This document shows, in pieces, positions 32,062 to 43,447 of a DNA stretch of 64,000 nucleotides. The position numbers were made by a program, and so were the translations under genes. The notes under the pieces were generated by a model. That model worked only from the letters and a program-made list of their open reading frames with translations, ran no database searches and was not told where the DNA came from. How positions within the stretch are numbered: the stretch's first letter is position 1; each line of letters starts with the position of its first letter. The DNA is from Eledone cirrhosa (lineage: Eukaryota): positions 36,596 to 100,595 of the forward strand of contig CAXHJY010001608.1 in the NCBI GenBank assembly GCA_964016885.1. The letters are read 5' to 3'.

Positions 32062-32267
32062 GGCATTTCTCCAATTCAACAACTTAAAAAAATAAATAAA
32101 TAGATATATTTCAGTTTTATTTCATACGGGGACAAATACATGGTGAAAATATAAAACAAACATTTTTTTATTTATAAATTTTGAAATTGATATTTTCCTT
32201 TGAGGGTACCAGATTGTCAGCTTGCCTAGGGTGCCGGGTAGTCTGTCAACAACCCTGTGTATGCAGA

Positions 32268-34364
32268 TATCATCTTCATCATTCAACGTCCATTTTCCAC
32301 GCTAGCATGGGTTAGATGAGCTGTCATGTGAGCCATGTCAGGGGACCATGTTTTGCTCACACTGAACTGATTTTGGCTTCATTTCTATGTCTGGTTGTCC
32401 TAACGCCAACAACAATGTGTACTGGGTGCTTTTAGTCATGTTACCAACACGACCACTTTACAGTGTCGATTGGGCACTCATTGTCGTGGCGCCAAGCTGA
32501 CCACTTATATAGTGTTGTTTGGGGACTTGGGTGGGTGAGATGCATGGGGAATTGAAGAGGTAGATATAAGGGTGGGGTGACTACAACGTGGAAGGTCTAT
32601 GGGATGGAAGGTGGTGCATACTAGATGTATGCCTCAGCCCCTTCATAGGGGAAGGTGGGTCTTCTGTATGACAGCATAGTGCCAGAGATCATGGTCCTGT
32701 GTCATACCCTTTGAGAGGTGCAATTGTGCAAGGTCAGCTTTTATCACCTCATCCCAAGTCTTCCAACATCTCCATAGTTCCCTTCAACTTTGAGTGCCCT
32801 GCACTTTTTTATACAGCTGTCGTCTTTCATGCGCATCATGTGACCATACCAACGTAGCCTTCTCTTGAGTAAACAACATCTGATCCCTCTTATTTCTAAT
32901 TTTTCCCTTAGTTCGTTTATGCTTTGCCGTTCACGTATATTACTATTTCACATCCAGCGGAGCATGCAAGCTTCGTTCCTATCCAGTCTGCGTATATCCT
33001 CTGCACACAATGCCCAGGTCTCACTGCCATGCAACATTGCTGTTTGTATGCAGGCATCGTACAGCCTGCCTTTTATTTTTAATTATTAGGGAGAACCCTT
33101 TAGCGGCTAATAGTATAAGCTCTCTGAACTTTTTCCATCCAGTTCTGACTCTAGCTACTGTACTTTCAGAGCACCCTCCCCACTGCTGATTTTGTCACCC
33201 AGGTAATGGAAACTGTCCACTATTTCTATAGAGCCATCTGTGTAATGGAATGTATCTAGTATTCTGAGGGCACTTGCTGCTACTTATTGCACCAGAGCAC
33301 CGGCCACATATAAAATCTATGTTCTTAGTTAGCTTACTTGTGATCCCACTCCATTTTTCATGCATCCATACTTTTAATTTGGGATATAAAATGGAGTTTC
33401 TACCTACTCCTTTCCTACACACTGAGCATGGCCATTTCCCAGATGGGAGCGGCGCCCTATTTTCCTTCCTACAAACTAGAACTTTAGTCTTAGACAGGTT
33501 AATTTTAAGGCCTTTTGATTCTAGGCCATGCTTCCATGTTTGGAATTTCTTCTCTAGTTCGGCCATTGATTCAGCTATGAGTGTTAGATCATCTGCATAT
33601 AGGAGTTCCCATGGGCAGCCGGTCTTCAACTCCACTGTTATAGCCTGAAGGGCAATAATAAATAGTAGGGGGCTAAGAACGGAGCCCTGATGAACACCAA
33701 CTTTTATGCTAAACTCTTCACTATATTCGTTGTTAATTCTAACCTTGCTGACTGTTTCTTTATACATGGCTTGTTTAGCTCTCACGAGCCATTCATCAAC
33801 ACCTAGTTTTCTAAGAGCCCACCAGATAATGGAACGGGGGACTCTGTCGAAGGCTTTCTCCAAGTCGACAAAAGCTCAGTATAGGGGGTTACTTTTAGCT
33901 AGGTACTTCTCCTGTAGTTGTCGTACAATGAAAAGAACGTCTGTGGTACTTTTGCCTGACACAAATCCGAACTGCATTTCATCTAGATCAATGCTCTCTC
34001 TGATTAGTTGCGCTATTACTTTTTCTGTGACCTTCATGACCTGGTCGATTAATTTAATGCCTCTTTAGTTACCCCTATCTAGGGCATCTCCTTTACCCTT
34101 GTAGCAGTTAATGATGATGCTGCTACGCCAGTCCTTCGGAACAACCTCATTCTGTATGACTTGGTTTACTATCCGGGTGACCATGGCATGTCCCACCGTA
34201 CCAGCATCTTTCAACATTTCAGCAACTATTTCCGAAGGCCCAGCCGCCTTACCCGTCTTCATATCTTTGATTGCCTTACTTATTATACTACCTTCGACTA
34301 ACACTGCTGGTCCCTCTATTGGGTCGATGTGGGGGAGACTGTCTTTCTCCCATTTATTCTCCTA
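32268..34364 (-). mobile_element. Chimeric RTE: old-family 3' end (32268-~32820) joined to young-family body (~32820-34364)
   Basis: The left part is the reverse complement of 25118-25657; the right part matches 27140-28688; they join at homologous tatacagctgtc. Confidence 0.85.
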
Positions 34365-34549
34365 TAGATATATAATTGTTTCTACTTTTGGCACAAGGCC
34401 AGCAATTATCCCAGTGTATTACTGGTACTTTATTCTATCGACCCCGTAAGGATGAAAGGCAAAGTTAACCGTGACAGGATTTGAACTCAGACCATAAAGG
34501 GAGGTAACTATGCTGGAAAGCATGGCGTCCAACCCTCTACCGATAATAT

Positions 34550-34892
34550 ATCATCATCATCATTTCATTTTACGTCCACTTTTACCTGCTTGCAAGGGTG
34601 AGACGGGAACTGATTCTGGCTTGATCTCTACAGCTGGATGCCCTTCCATAACACCAACCTCATTTACAGTGAGTGCTGGGTGCTTTTTCTCCGTGACACC
34701 TCCACGACCACTTTGCAGTGGAATGAGAGGGACTCCAGTCCCTATCATCTCATTTCTACAGCTGAGTAAACTGGAGCAATGTGAAATAAAGTGTCTTGCT
34801 CAAGGAAACAACACATCACCCGGTCTGAGAATTGAACTCACAACATTTCGATTGCCAGTCGATTGCTCTAACCACTAAGCCATGTGCCTCCA
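34550..34892 (-). mobile_element. tRNA-derived SINE with RTE tail (duplicate of 28874-29207)
   Basis: Near identity with 28874-29207. Confidence 0.8.
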
Positions 34893-35025
34893 TGTATATA
34901 TATATAATATATATATATATAATATATAATAATTTCTATACTTTTTCATTTATATAATATATATATATATAATATATACGTATATATATATATATATGTG
35001 TATATGCATACACAGACACACATGC

Positions 35026-35059
<34 letters not shown>

Positions 35060-35110
35060 ATGTATATATATATATGTGTGTATGTATATATATATATGTG
35101 TGTGTGTATG

Positions 35111-35138
<28 letters not shown>

Positions 35139-35144
<6 letters not shown>

Positions 35145-35661
35145 AAATTGAGGTTGGTAATGGCACATGGAATATATAAGAGACAGAATACTTTTTTGTG
35201 AAAAAACATAATTTTATAAGGTAAGGAAATAATAAAGGGTATAAAAAATGACCGGTTTCGATGGGTCTGCAAAAGCACACACATATATCTATATATATAT
35301 GCGCACACAGAATTCACCACTGTCGGTTGCGGGGCCCAATCTACATGAAGAACTCAATGTGATCAGAATGACTTGTATTTTAATTTCACTGCCCCAACTT
35401 CTTATATTATGGAAAAAATATATGTGTCTGTATGTATATATATATATATATATTTGAAGGCCATTTCTCTGTGTGTGGGTGTATGTATGTGTATATGTGT
35501 GTGTGTGTGTATGTGTGTGCATGTGGATGTATGTATTGTGTGTGCGTGTGTGTGTGTATGTGTGTATATATATGTGTGGGTGTGTTTATGTTTGTATGTG
35601 TGTATGTATATATATATGTGTGTGTGTGTGTATATATATAGGTGTGTGTATGTATGTGTGG

Positions 35662-35713
<52 letters not shown>

Positions 35714-35770
35714 ATATATATATATGTGTGTATGTGTGTGTGTATCTGGATGTATGTGTATGTATATATA

Positions 35771-35821
<51 letters not shown>

Positions 35822-36417
35822 ATGTGTATATATGTGTGTGTGTGTATGTGTGTATGTATATGTATGTGTGTGTGTATGTATGTGTGTATATGTATATATA
35901 TGTATATGTATATGTATGTATGTGTGGATGAAGGTATGTGTGTATATATAGGTGTAAGTGCACTAAATCCCTTTCTATCACGCTCCACTCTCCTACCCAT
36001 CACAGGAAGATATGTGTATGTATATTGCTTCCACCCCCTCACTGACCAGCAGCTGGCCAGTTGGTGATTGCTAAATCTGACCTTTATAAAATAACCCACA
36101 CCCCAAATAACTTCTCATTCACTACCAGAAAGGGACACAGCAGTCAACCTGTTGTTGCTACCTAGATGAAAACTGCTATGAAATCCCACAATGAATTTTA
36201 TACTTGAATTTTCAAGTCTCAAATTTTAACTCTTCGTATTATTAATTTTTCTTAATATTAATCAACATTTGAAAAGATGGCTTTTGCAGACCCATCGAAA
36301 CCGGTCATTTTTTATACCCTTTATTATTCCCTTACCTTATAAAATTATGTTTTTTCACAAAAAAGTATTCTGTCTCTTATATATTCCATGTGCCATTACC
36401 AACCTCAATTTTCTCTA
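35139..36417. mobile_element. ~1.3-kb insertion bounded by ~138-bp inverted repeats
   Basis: 35139-35276 is the reverse complement of 36280-36417; not present in the paralogous 30020-30240 segment. Confidence 0.65.
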
Positions 36418-36447
36418 TAACCTTCGTTTTGTGTAGAAAATTACACT

Positions 36448-36498
<51 letters not shown>

Positions 36499-36784
36499 GA
36501 TTGATATCTATCTTTACTGGTGACTCATCACAGACAAAGACTAAACTATACAAAGGTTTTTCAACTTACGTCAATGTAACAGATACACACATACATACAT
36601 ATATATATATATACATGTACACACACGTCAGGTACTTACATAGGTGCAATCACACACATACACATATATATATATATATACATGTACACACATGTCAGGT
36701 ATTTACACAGGTACAATCACACACACACATATATATATATATATATACATGTACACACATGTCAGGTATTTACACAGGTACAAT

Positions 36785-36816
<32 letters not shown>

Positions 36817-36881
36817 CATGTACACACATGTCAGGTATTTACACAGGTACAATCACACAAACATCAATGAAACAAAGGATA

Positions 36882-37078
36882 TCATAATCTATAAAGCTCA
36901 GTGTGGGGTCATGCTCCTTCGTTATAGAAATCTATGATATAGAGTTTCTTCAATTGAAATCTACAATTCAGGATACAAAACATTTTCCTCTATGAGGTTA
37001 CTAAACCTGCTAGAAACAGCAGCTAACTCTCCCCCATATCACACCCCTCCCGACTGTCTTAAATTTAGAAAACATATC
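36882..37078 (+). mobile_element. Truncated, internally deleted copy of the Helitron
   Basis: a|tcataatctataaagctcagtgtgg matches 30611; broken by the GGT tract. Confidence 0.7.
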
Positions 37079-37081
37079 TGC

Positions 37082-39327
37082 GGTGGTGGTGGTGGTGGCG
37101 GTGGCGGTGGTGGTGGCGGTGGTGGTGGCGGTGGTGGTGGTGGTAGTGGTGGTGGTGGTGGTATTGGTGGTGGTGGTAGTGGTGGTAGTGGTGGTGGTGG
37201 TAGTGGTGGTGGTGGTAGTTGTGGTGATGGCAGTGGTGGTGGTATTGGTGGTGGTGGTGGTGGTAGAGGTGTTAGTGGTGGTGGTGGCGGTGATGGCAGT
37301 GGTGGTGGTGGTGGTGGTGGTGGTGGTGGTAGTGGTGGTGGTGGTGGTGGTGGTGGCGGTGTTGGTGGTGGTGGTGGTAGTGGGGGTAGTGGTAGTAGTC
37401 GTGGTAGTGGTGGTAGTGGTGGTGGTGGTGGCGGTAGTGGTGGTGGTGGCGGTGGTGGTAGTGGTGGTGGTGGTGGTGGCGGTGGCGGTGGTGGTGGTGG
37501 CGGTGGTAGTGGTGGTAGTGGTGGTGGTGGTAGTGGTGGTGGTGGTGGTAGTTGTGGTGGTGGTAGTGGTGGTAGTGGTGGTGGTGGTGATGGCAGTGTG
37601 GTGGTGGTGGTGGTGGTATTGGTGGCGGTGGTAGTGGTAGTGGTGATGGCAGTGGTGGTGGTGGTGGTGGTAGTGGCGGTGGTGGTAGTGGTGGTAGTGG
37701 TGGTAGTGGTGGCGGTAGTGGTGGTGGTGGTAGTGGTAGTGGTGATGGCAGTGGTGGTGGTGGTGGTGGTGGTATTGGTGGTGGTGGTAGTGGTAGAGGT
37801 GGTAGTGGTGGTGGTGGCGGTGATGGCAGTGGTGGTGGTGGTGGTGGTGGTGGTGGTGGTGGTAGTGGTGGTATTGGTGGTGGTGGTCGTGGTAGTGGTG
37901 GTAGTGGTGGTGGTGGCGGTGGTGGTGGTGGTAGTGGTGGTGGTGGTGGTGGTGGTAGTGGTGGTGGTGGCGGTGGTGGTGGTGGTAGTGGTGGTGGTGG
38001 TGGTGGTGGTAGTGGTGGTGGTAGTGGTGGTGGTGGTGGTGGTGGTAGTATTATGGTGGTGGTGGTGGTGGTGGCGGTGGTAGTGGTGGTGGTGGTGGTG
38101 GTGGTGGTGGCGGTGGAGGTAGTGGTAGTAGTCGTGGTGGTGGTGGTGGCGGTGGTGGTGGTGGTAGTGGTGGTGGTAGTGATGGTGGTGGTGGTAGTGG
38201 TGGTAGTGGTGGTGGTAGTGGTGGTGGTGGTGGTGGTAGTGGTGGTGGTAGTGGTGGTGGTAGTGATGGTGGTGGTAGTGGTGGTGGTGGTGGTGGCGGT
38301 GGTGGTGGTGGTAGTAGTGGTAGTGGTGGTGGCAGTGGTGGTGGTGGTGTTGGTAGTGGTGGTGGTGGTGGTGGTAGTGGTGGTGGTAGTGGTGGTGGTG
38401 GTAGTGGTGGTGGTGGTGGTGGCGGTGGTGGTGGTGGTAGTAGTGGTAGTGGTGGTGGCAGTGGTGGTGGTGGTGTTGGTAGTGGTGGTAGTGGTGGTGG
38501 TAGTGGTGGTGGGGGTAGTGGTAGTGGTGGTGGTGGTGGTAGTGGTGTTAGTAGTGGTGGTGGTGGTGGTGGTGGTGGTGGCAGTGGTGGTGGCAGTGGT
38601 GGTGGTGGTGTTGTTAGTGGTGGTGGTGGTAGTGGTGGTGGTGGTAGTTGTGGTGGTAGTGGTGATGGCAGTGGTGGTGGTGGTGTTGGTAGTGGTGGTG
38701 GTGGTGGTGGTAGTGGTGGTGGTAGTGGTGGTGGTGGTAGTGGTGGTGGTGGTGGTGGCGGTGGTGGTGGTGGTAGTAGTGGTGGTGGCAGTGGTGGTGG
38801 TGGTGTTGGTAGTGGTGGTGGTGGTGGTGGTGTTAGTGGTGGTGGTAGTGGTGGTGGTGGTAGTGGTAGTGGTGGCGGTGGTAGTGGTGGTGGTAGAGGT
38901 GTTAGTGGTGGTGGTGGCGGTGATGGTAGTGGCGGTAGTGTTGGTGATAGTGGTGGTAGTGGTGGTGGTAGTGGTGGTGGTAGTAGTGGTGGTGGAGGAA
39001 GTGGAGGTGGTGGTGTTGGTAGTGGAATTGGTAGTAGTGGTGTTTGTGTCGGTGGTAGTAGTGGTGGTGGAAGTGGTAGTAGTGGTGGTTGTAGTGGTAG
39101 TAGTAGTGGTGGTGGTGGTGGAAGTGTTAGTAGTGGTGGTAGTAGTGGTAGTGGTGGTAGTAGTGGTGGTGGTTGTGGTGGTGGTAGTAGTGGTGGTGGT
39201 TGTGGTGGTGGGTAGTAGTGGTGGTGGTGGAAGTGGTAGTAGTGGTGGTTGTAGTGGTGGTGGTGGAAGTGGTAGCAGTGGTGGTTGTGGATGTGGTAGT
39301 GGTAGTAGTGGTGGTAGTGGTGGTGGG
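37082..39327 (+). repeat. ~2.2-kb (GGT/AGT/GGC)n tract
   Basis: Seen directly. Confidence 0.97.
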
Positions 39328-39330
39328 TGG

Positions 39331-39556
39331 ATATATTCATTAGTTAAGCAAACAAAACCACAAATTTCACAAGGAGGACATTAAAGGATTGTCAACATAA
39401 TTTTAGTTAATGGAAGGAATGCAAAGAATAATTATATAATTGTATATTATATAATTGTAATTATTATTATTCTTTGCATTCCTTCCATTTTGACAATCCT
39501 TTAATGGCCTCCTTGAGAAATTTGTGATCTTGTTTGCTTAACTAATGAATATATAT
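39331..39556. repeat. ~225-bp fold-back hairpin element (MITE-like)
   Basis: atatattcattagttaagcaaacaa...ttgtttgcttaactaatgaatatat; ~100-bp imperfect arms around an AT-rich loop. Confidence 0.8.
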
Positions 39557-39557
39557 A

Positions 39558-42500
39558 TCATGATCATCATCATCATCATCATCATCATCACCGTTTTACG
39601 TCCGTTCTTCCACGCTAGCATGGGTTAGATGGGTTGTGCCGTTGTGGGCAGTGTCTGGTCGGCTGACCATGCCTTGCTCATACAGGAACTGATTTGGGTT
39701 GAATTCTACAGCTGGATGCCCTTCCTAACACCAACCTCATTTACAGTGAGTGCTGGGTGCTTTTTCCGTGGCGCCTACACGTCCACTTTACAGTGTGGGC
39801 TGGGTGCTTTTTTGCTGTGGCACCTCCACGACCACCTTGCAGTGGGAGGGTGTGGGGCATATTGTTTATATGCTTCAGCTTGTACCCATGGGAGGTCGGG
39901 TACTCTGTATTACTGCGTGACGCCAGAAGTCACGGTCGTGTGTCATTGACTTTGAGAGGTGTAGTTGGGTAAGGTCGGCTTTTATCACCTCATCCCAAGT
40001 CATCTTGGGTCTCCCCACTCCGCGGTTTCCATCAACTTCTAGTGCTCTGCACCTTTTTATGCAGCTGTCATCCTTCATACGCATCACATGTCCATACCAG
40101 CGTAACCGCCTCTCCTGCACACAGCATTTGATTCCTCTTATGCTCAGTCTCTCTCTCAATTCCTTTATGCTTTGTCGTTCACGTATATTACTGTTACACA
40201 TCCATCGGAGCATGCAGGCTTCGTTTCTCTCTAATCTATGTAAGTCTTCCACCTTCAGCGCCCAGGTCTCACTACCATGCAACATCGCTGTTCGGATACA
40301 CGCATCATACAGTCTGCCTTTCATTCTGAGGGAGAAGCCTTTTGCAGCTAGCAGTGGTAGTAGTTCCCTAAACTTCTTCCATCCCGTTCTTACCCTAGTT
40401 ATTGTACTTTCTGAGCACCCACCTCCGTTGCTAATTCGGTCACCTAGGTAGCAGAAGCTGTCTACTGTTTCTACAGGGCCCTGCCAGAGATTGGTGGTAC
40501 TTGTTTCCTGTGGCTGTTTGCTTGCTGTTTCAGCACAGCTGCTGCATGTGAATCCTACATTCTTAATTAAGCTTCCTGAGATCCCGCTACATCTCTTGTG
40601 TACCCATTGTTTGCATTTGGGGCAGAGAATGGAGTTCCTACCTACACCTTTCCTACATACTGAGCAAGTCCATTTCCCTGAGGGGATCTGGGTTCTGTTT
40701 TCTCGTCTACTTATAAGGACCTTAGTCTTTGTCATGTTGACTTTGAGGCCCTTTCTCTCTAGTCCCTGCTTCCAGGTTTGGAATTTATTCTCTAGTTCTA
40801 CCATAGATTCAGCTATGAGTGCGAGGTCATCAGCATACAGGAATTCCCATGGGCATCCGGTCTTAAACTCCTCCGTTATTGCCTGCAGGACTATGATGAA
40901 CAGGAGAGGGCTAAGAACAGAGCCCTGGTGGACCCCAACCTGTACGCTAAATTCCTCGCTATACTCATTGCCAATCCTAACTTTGCTGACTGCTCCCCTA
41001 TACATGGCTTGTACCGCTTTCACAAGCCATTCATCTACTCCTAGTTTTCTAAGAGCCCACCAGATTACTGCACGTGGAACTCTGTCAAAGGCTTTCTCAA
41101 GGTCGACAAATGCCAAGTAGAGTGGCTTACTTTTAGCTAGGTACTTTTCCTGTAATTGCCTCACAAGGAAGAGGGCATCAGTGTTGCCTTTCCCTGGTAC
41201 AAACCCAAATTGCATCTCGTCTATATTCACCCGGTCCCTAATCAGCTGTGCTATAACTCTTTCTGTTACTTTCATGACCTGGTCCATCAACTTTATACCT
41301 CTATAGTTTCCTCTATCTAGTGCATCGCCTTTACCTTTGTAGCAGTTGACAATGATGCTACTGCACCAATCTTTTGGTATGGCCCCCTCTAGTATTACCT
41401 GGTTAACGATACGTGTGGTTATAGTGTGACCTACAGACCCAGATGCCTTCAGCATCTCGGCAGCTATACCCGATGGACCGGTTGCCTTCCCTATCTTCAT
41501 ATCTCTGATTGCCTTACTTACTACGCTGCCGCTGACTTGTACTGCTGGTCCCTCTATAGGGTCTACGTGGGGTAGGGTCTCTTCTTCCCATGCATTCTCC
41601 TCATTTAGTAATCTATCATAATGACTCTTCCATGCATCTTTCTTCTCAGCACTTGTGAGCGCAAGCTCACCTTTATCATTCCGGATACACTTCTCTCCAA
41701 TGACATCACACTATCTCTGACACACTGCCTCGCAATCTTGAATACCTCCTGTTTCTGGTCCTCACGTTGTAAAACATGCTTGAATTTTCTATCCTCTGCT
41801 TCCCTCCTAGCTAAGTATACTTGTCGCCTAGCTTCCCTCTTGGTCTCTATGTAATGTACCCTGCTCCCCCCGTTCTTCCATTCTTTCCATGCCTGTCTCT
41901 TGGCCTTGACTGCTTCATCTACCTTATTGTTCCACCACCAAGTCACTCTCCTCCTGCTTGAGGTCTTACTCCAGCCACAAACCTCATCCGTCGCCTCTAG
42001 TAAGTTATTTTTTAGGAACTCCCAGTTCTCTTCTACGTTAAATGTCTCTATCTGTTCTTCTTTACTGTCGTAGGCGTTGAGTAAAATATCTTTAAGTCTG
42101 TTACTGGTTGAGGGGACTTTCAGCTTCCAGATCTTTCTTCTCCAGGTTGGCCTCTGTTTCAGGGCTCGTCTAGTTCTGACCGTGAGGTCACTGACAACTA
42201 AGCTATGTTGGGATGTACATTCCTCACTAGGGAAGGCTTTTGTGTTTACGACCGTCCATCTGTCACGTCCTCTGATGAGGATAAAATCTAACTGACTAGA
42301 GTGCTCCCCTGATCTATAGGTGATCAGGTGGTTGTCGGGTTTTTTAAAGTTTGTGTTACATATCGACATGTCATTGGCGTCGCAGAATTCTAGAAGTCTG
42401 AATCCTTCCTCATTTCTTGTGCCAACCCCATGGCCTCCATGTACTCTATTGAAGCCGTCGCAGTGTTTACCTACGTGTCCGTTAAAATCTCCTGCAATGA

Positions 42501-43017
42501 TTAGGAAGTCCTTGTCGTCTGTTAGAGCAGTAGTGTGTATTAGGGACTCGTAAAACCTATCCTTAAGTTCGTCTGGCAGCCCCGATTGGGGTGCGTAAGC
42601 TGATATTATTGTGGTAATTGTCTTATTCAGGACTAGTCTGAGTTTAATGATTCTTGCATTTACCCTGTACACTGAGATTACTTTATCTACCCACTTGTCA
42701 GCTAATAGTATACCTACACCACCCATCCCATCGTCATTTCCCACCCAGAAAAATTTGTAGCACTGGCTTTTTCCTACAAGGACTCTAGCAGACCCTCCTC
42801 TCCATCTAGTCTCTTGCACACAGCATACATCAACCTCTTGCACACAGCATACATCAACTTCCTTTTGCTCTAGCATTTCTACGATTTCTCCTGCTCTTCC
42901 TTTCATTGAGCCTACATTGATGGTACCAACTCGGAGTTTTGGGCATTTGTCGACACTCGTAGGGGAGGGTCTCTGGGTTGGCGCTTCACGTGGGTGCTTG
43001 GTAGCTCGCAGATTCAT
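39558..43017 (-). mobile_element. Nearly full-length RTE LINE (second subfamily) with APE endonuclease and RT, frameshifted near 41.7 kb
   Basis: ORF 41605-43017 (GTINV, CVQETRW, SAYAP, GDFNGH, SQH) and ORF 39875-41500 (DLEKAFD, QGSVLSP, YADD); in-frame 24-bp duplication EVDVCCVQ x2; (CAT)n tail. Confidence 0.95.
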
Positions 43018-43058
43018 ATTTCATATACATATATATATATATGTATATGTATGTATAT

Positions 43059-43447
43059 GGAGGCACATGGCTTAGTGGTTAGAGCATTGGGCTTGCAATC
43101 GAAAGGTTGTGAGTTGAATTCTCAGACCGTGTGATGTGTTGTTTCCTTGAGCAAGACACTTCATTTCACATTGCTCCAGTTTACTCAGCTGTAGAAACGA
43201 GATGATAGGACTGGGGTCCTTATCATTCCACTGCAAAGTGGTCGTGGAGGTGCCACGGCAAAAATAGCACCCAGCCCACACTGTAAAGTGGACGTGTAGG
43301 CGCCACGGCAAAAAAGCACCCAGCACTCACTGTAAATGAGGTTGGTGTTAGGAAGGGCATCCAGCTGTAGAGATCAAGCCAGAATCAGTTCCCATCCCAC
43401 CCTTGCAAGCAGGGAAAAGCGGATGTAAAATGATGATGATGATGATT
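43059..43447 (+). mobile_element. Full-length tRNA-derived SINE with RTE tail
   Basis: ggaggcacatggcttagtggttagagc head with a B-box-like segment; 3' half homologous to the 3'UTR of the adjacent RTE; (GAT)n tail. Confidence 0.82.

Noticed and set aside
36992-39384. Gly-, Val-, Pro-, Thr- or His-rich ORFs (also 23553-25046)
   Set aside because: They are stop-free frames of (GGT)n tracts with no gene structure
40005-41120. Antisense ORFs over RTE copies (also at 49.3-52.4 kb)
   Set aside because: They are shadow frames of the LINE ORF with no independent evidence
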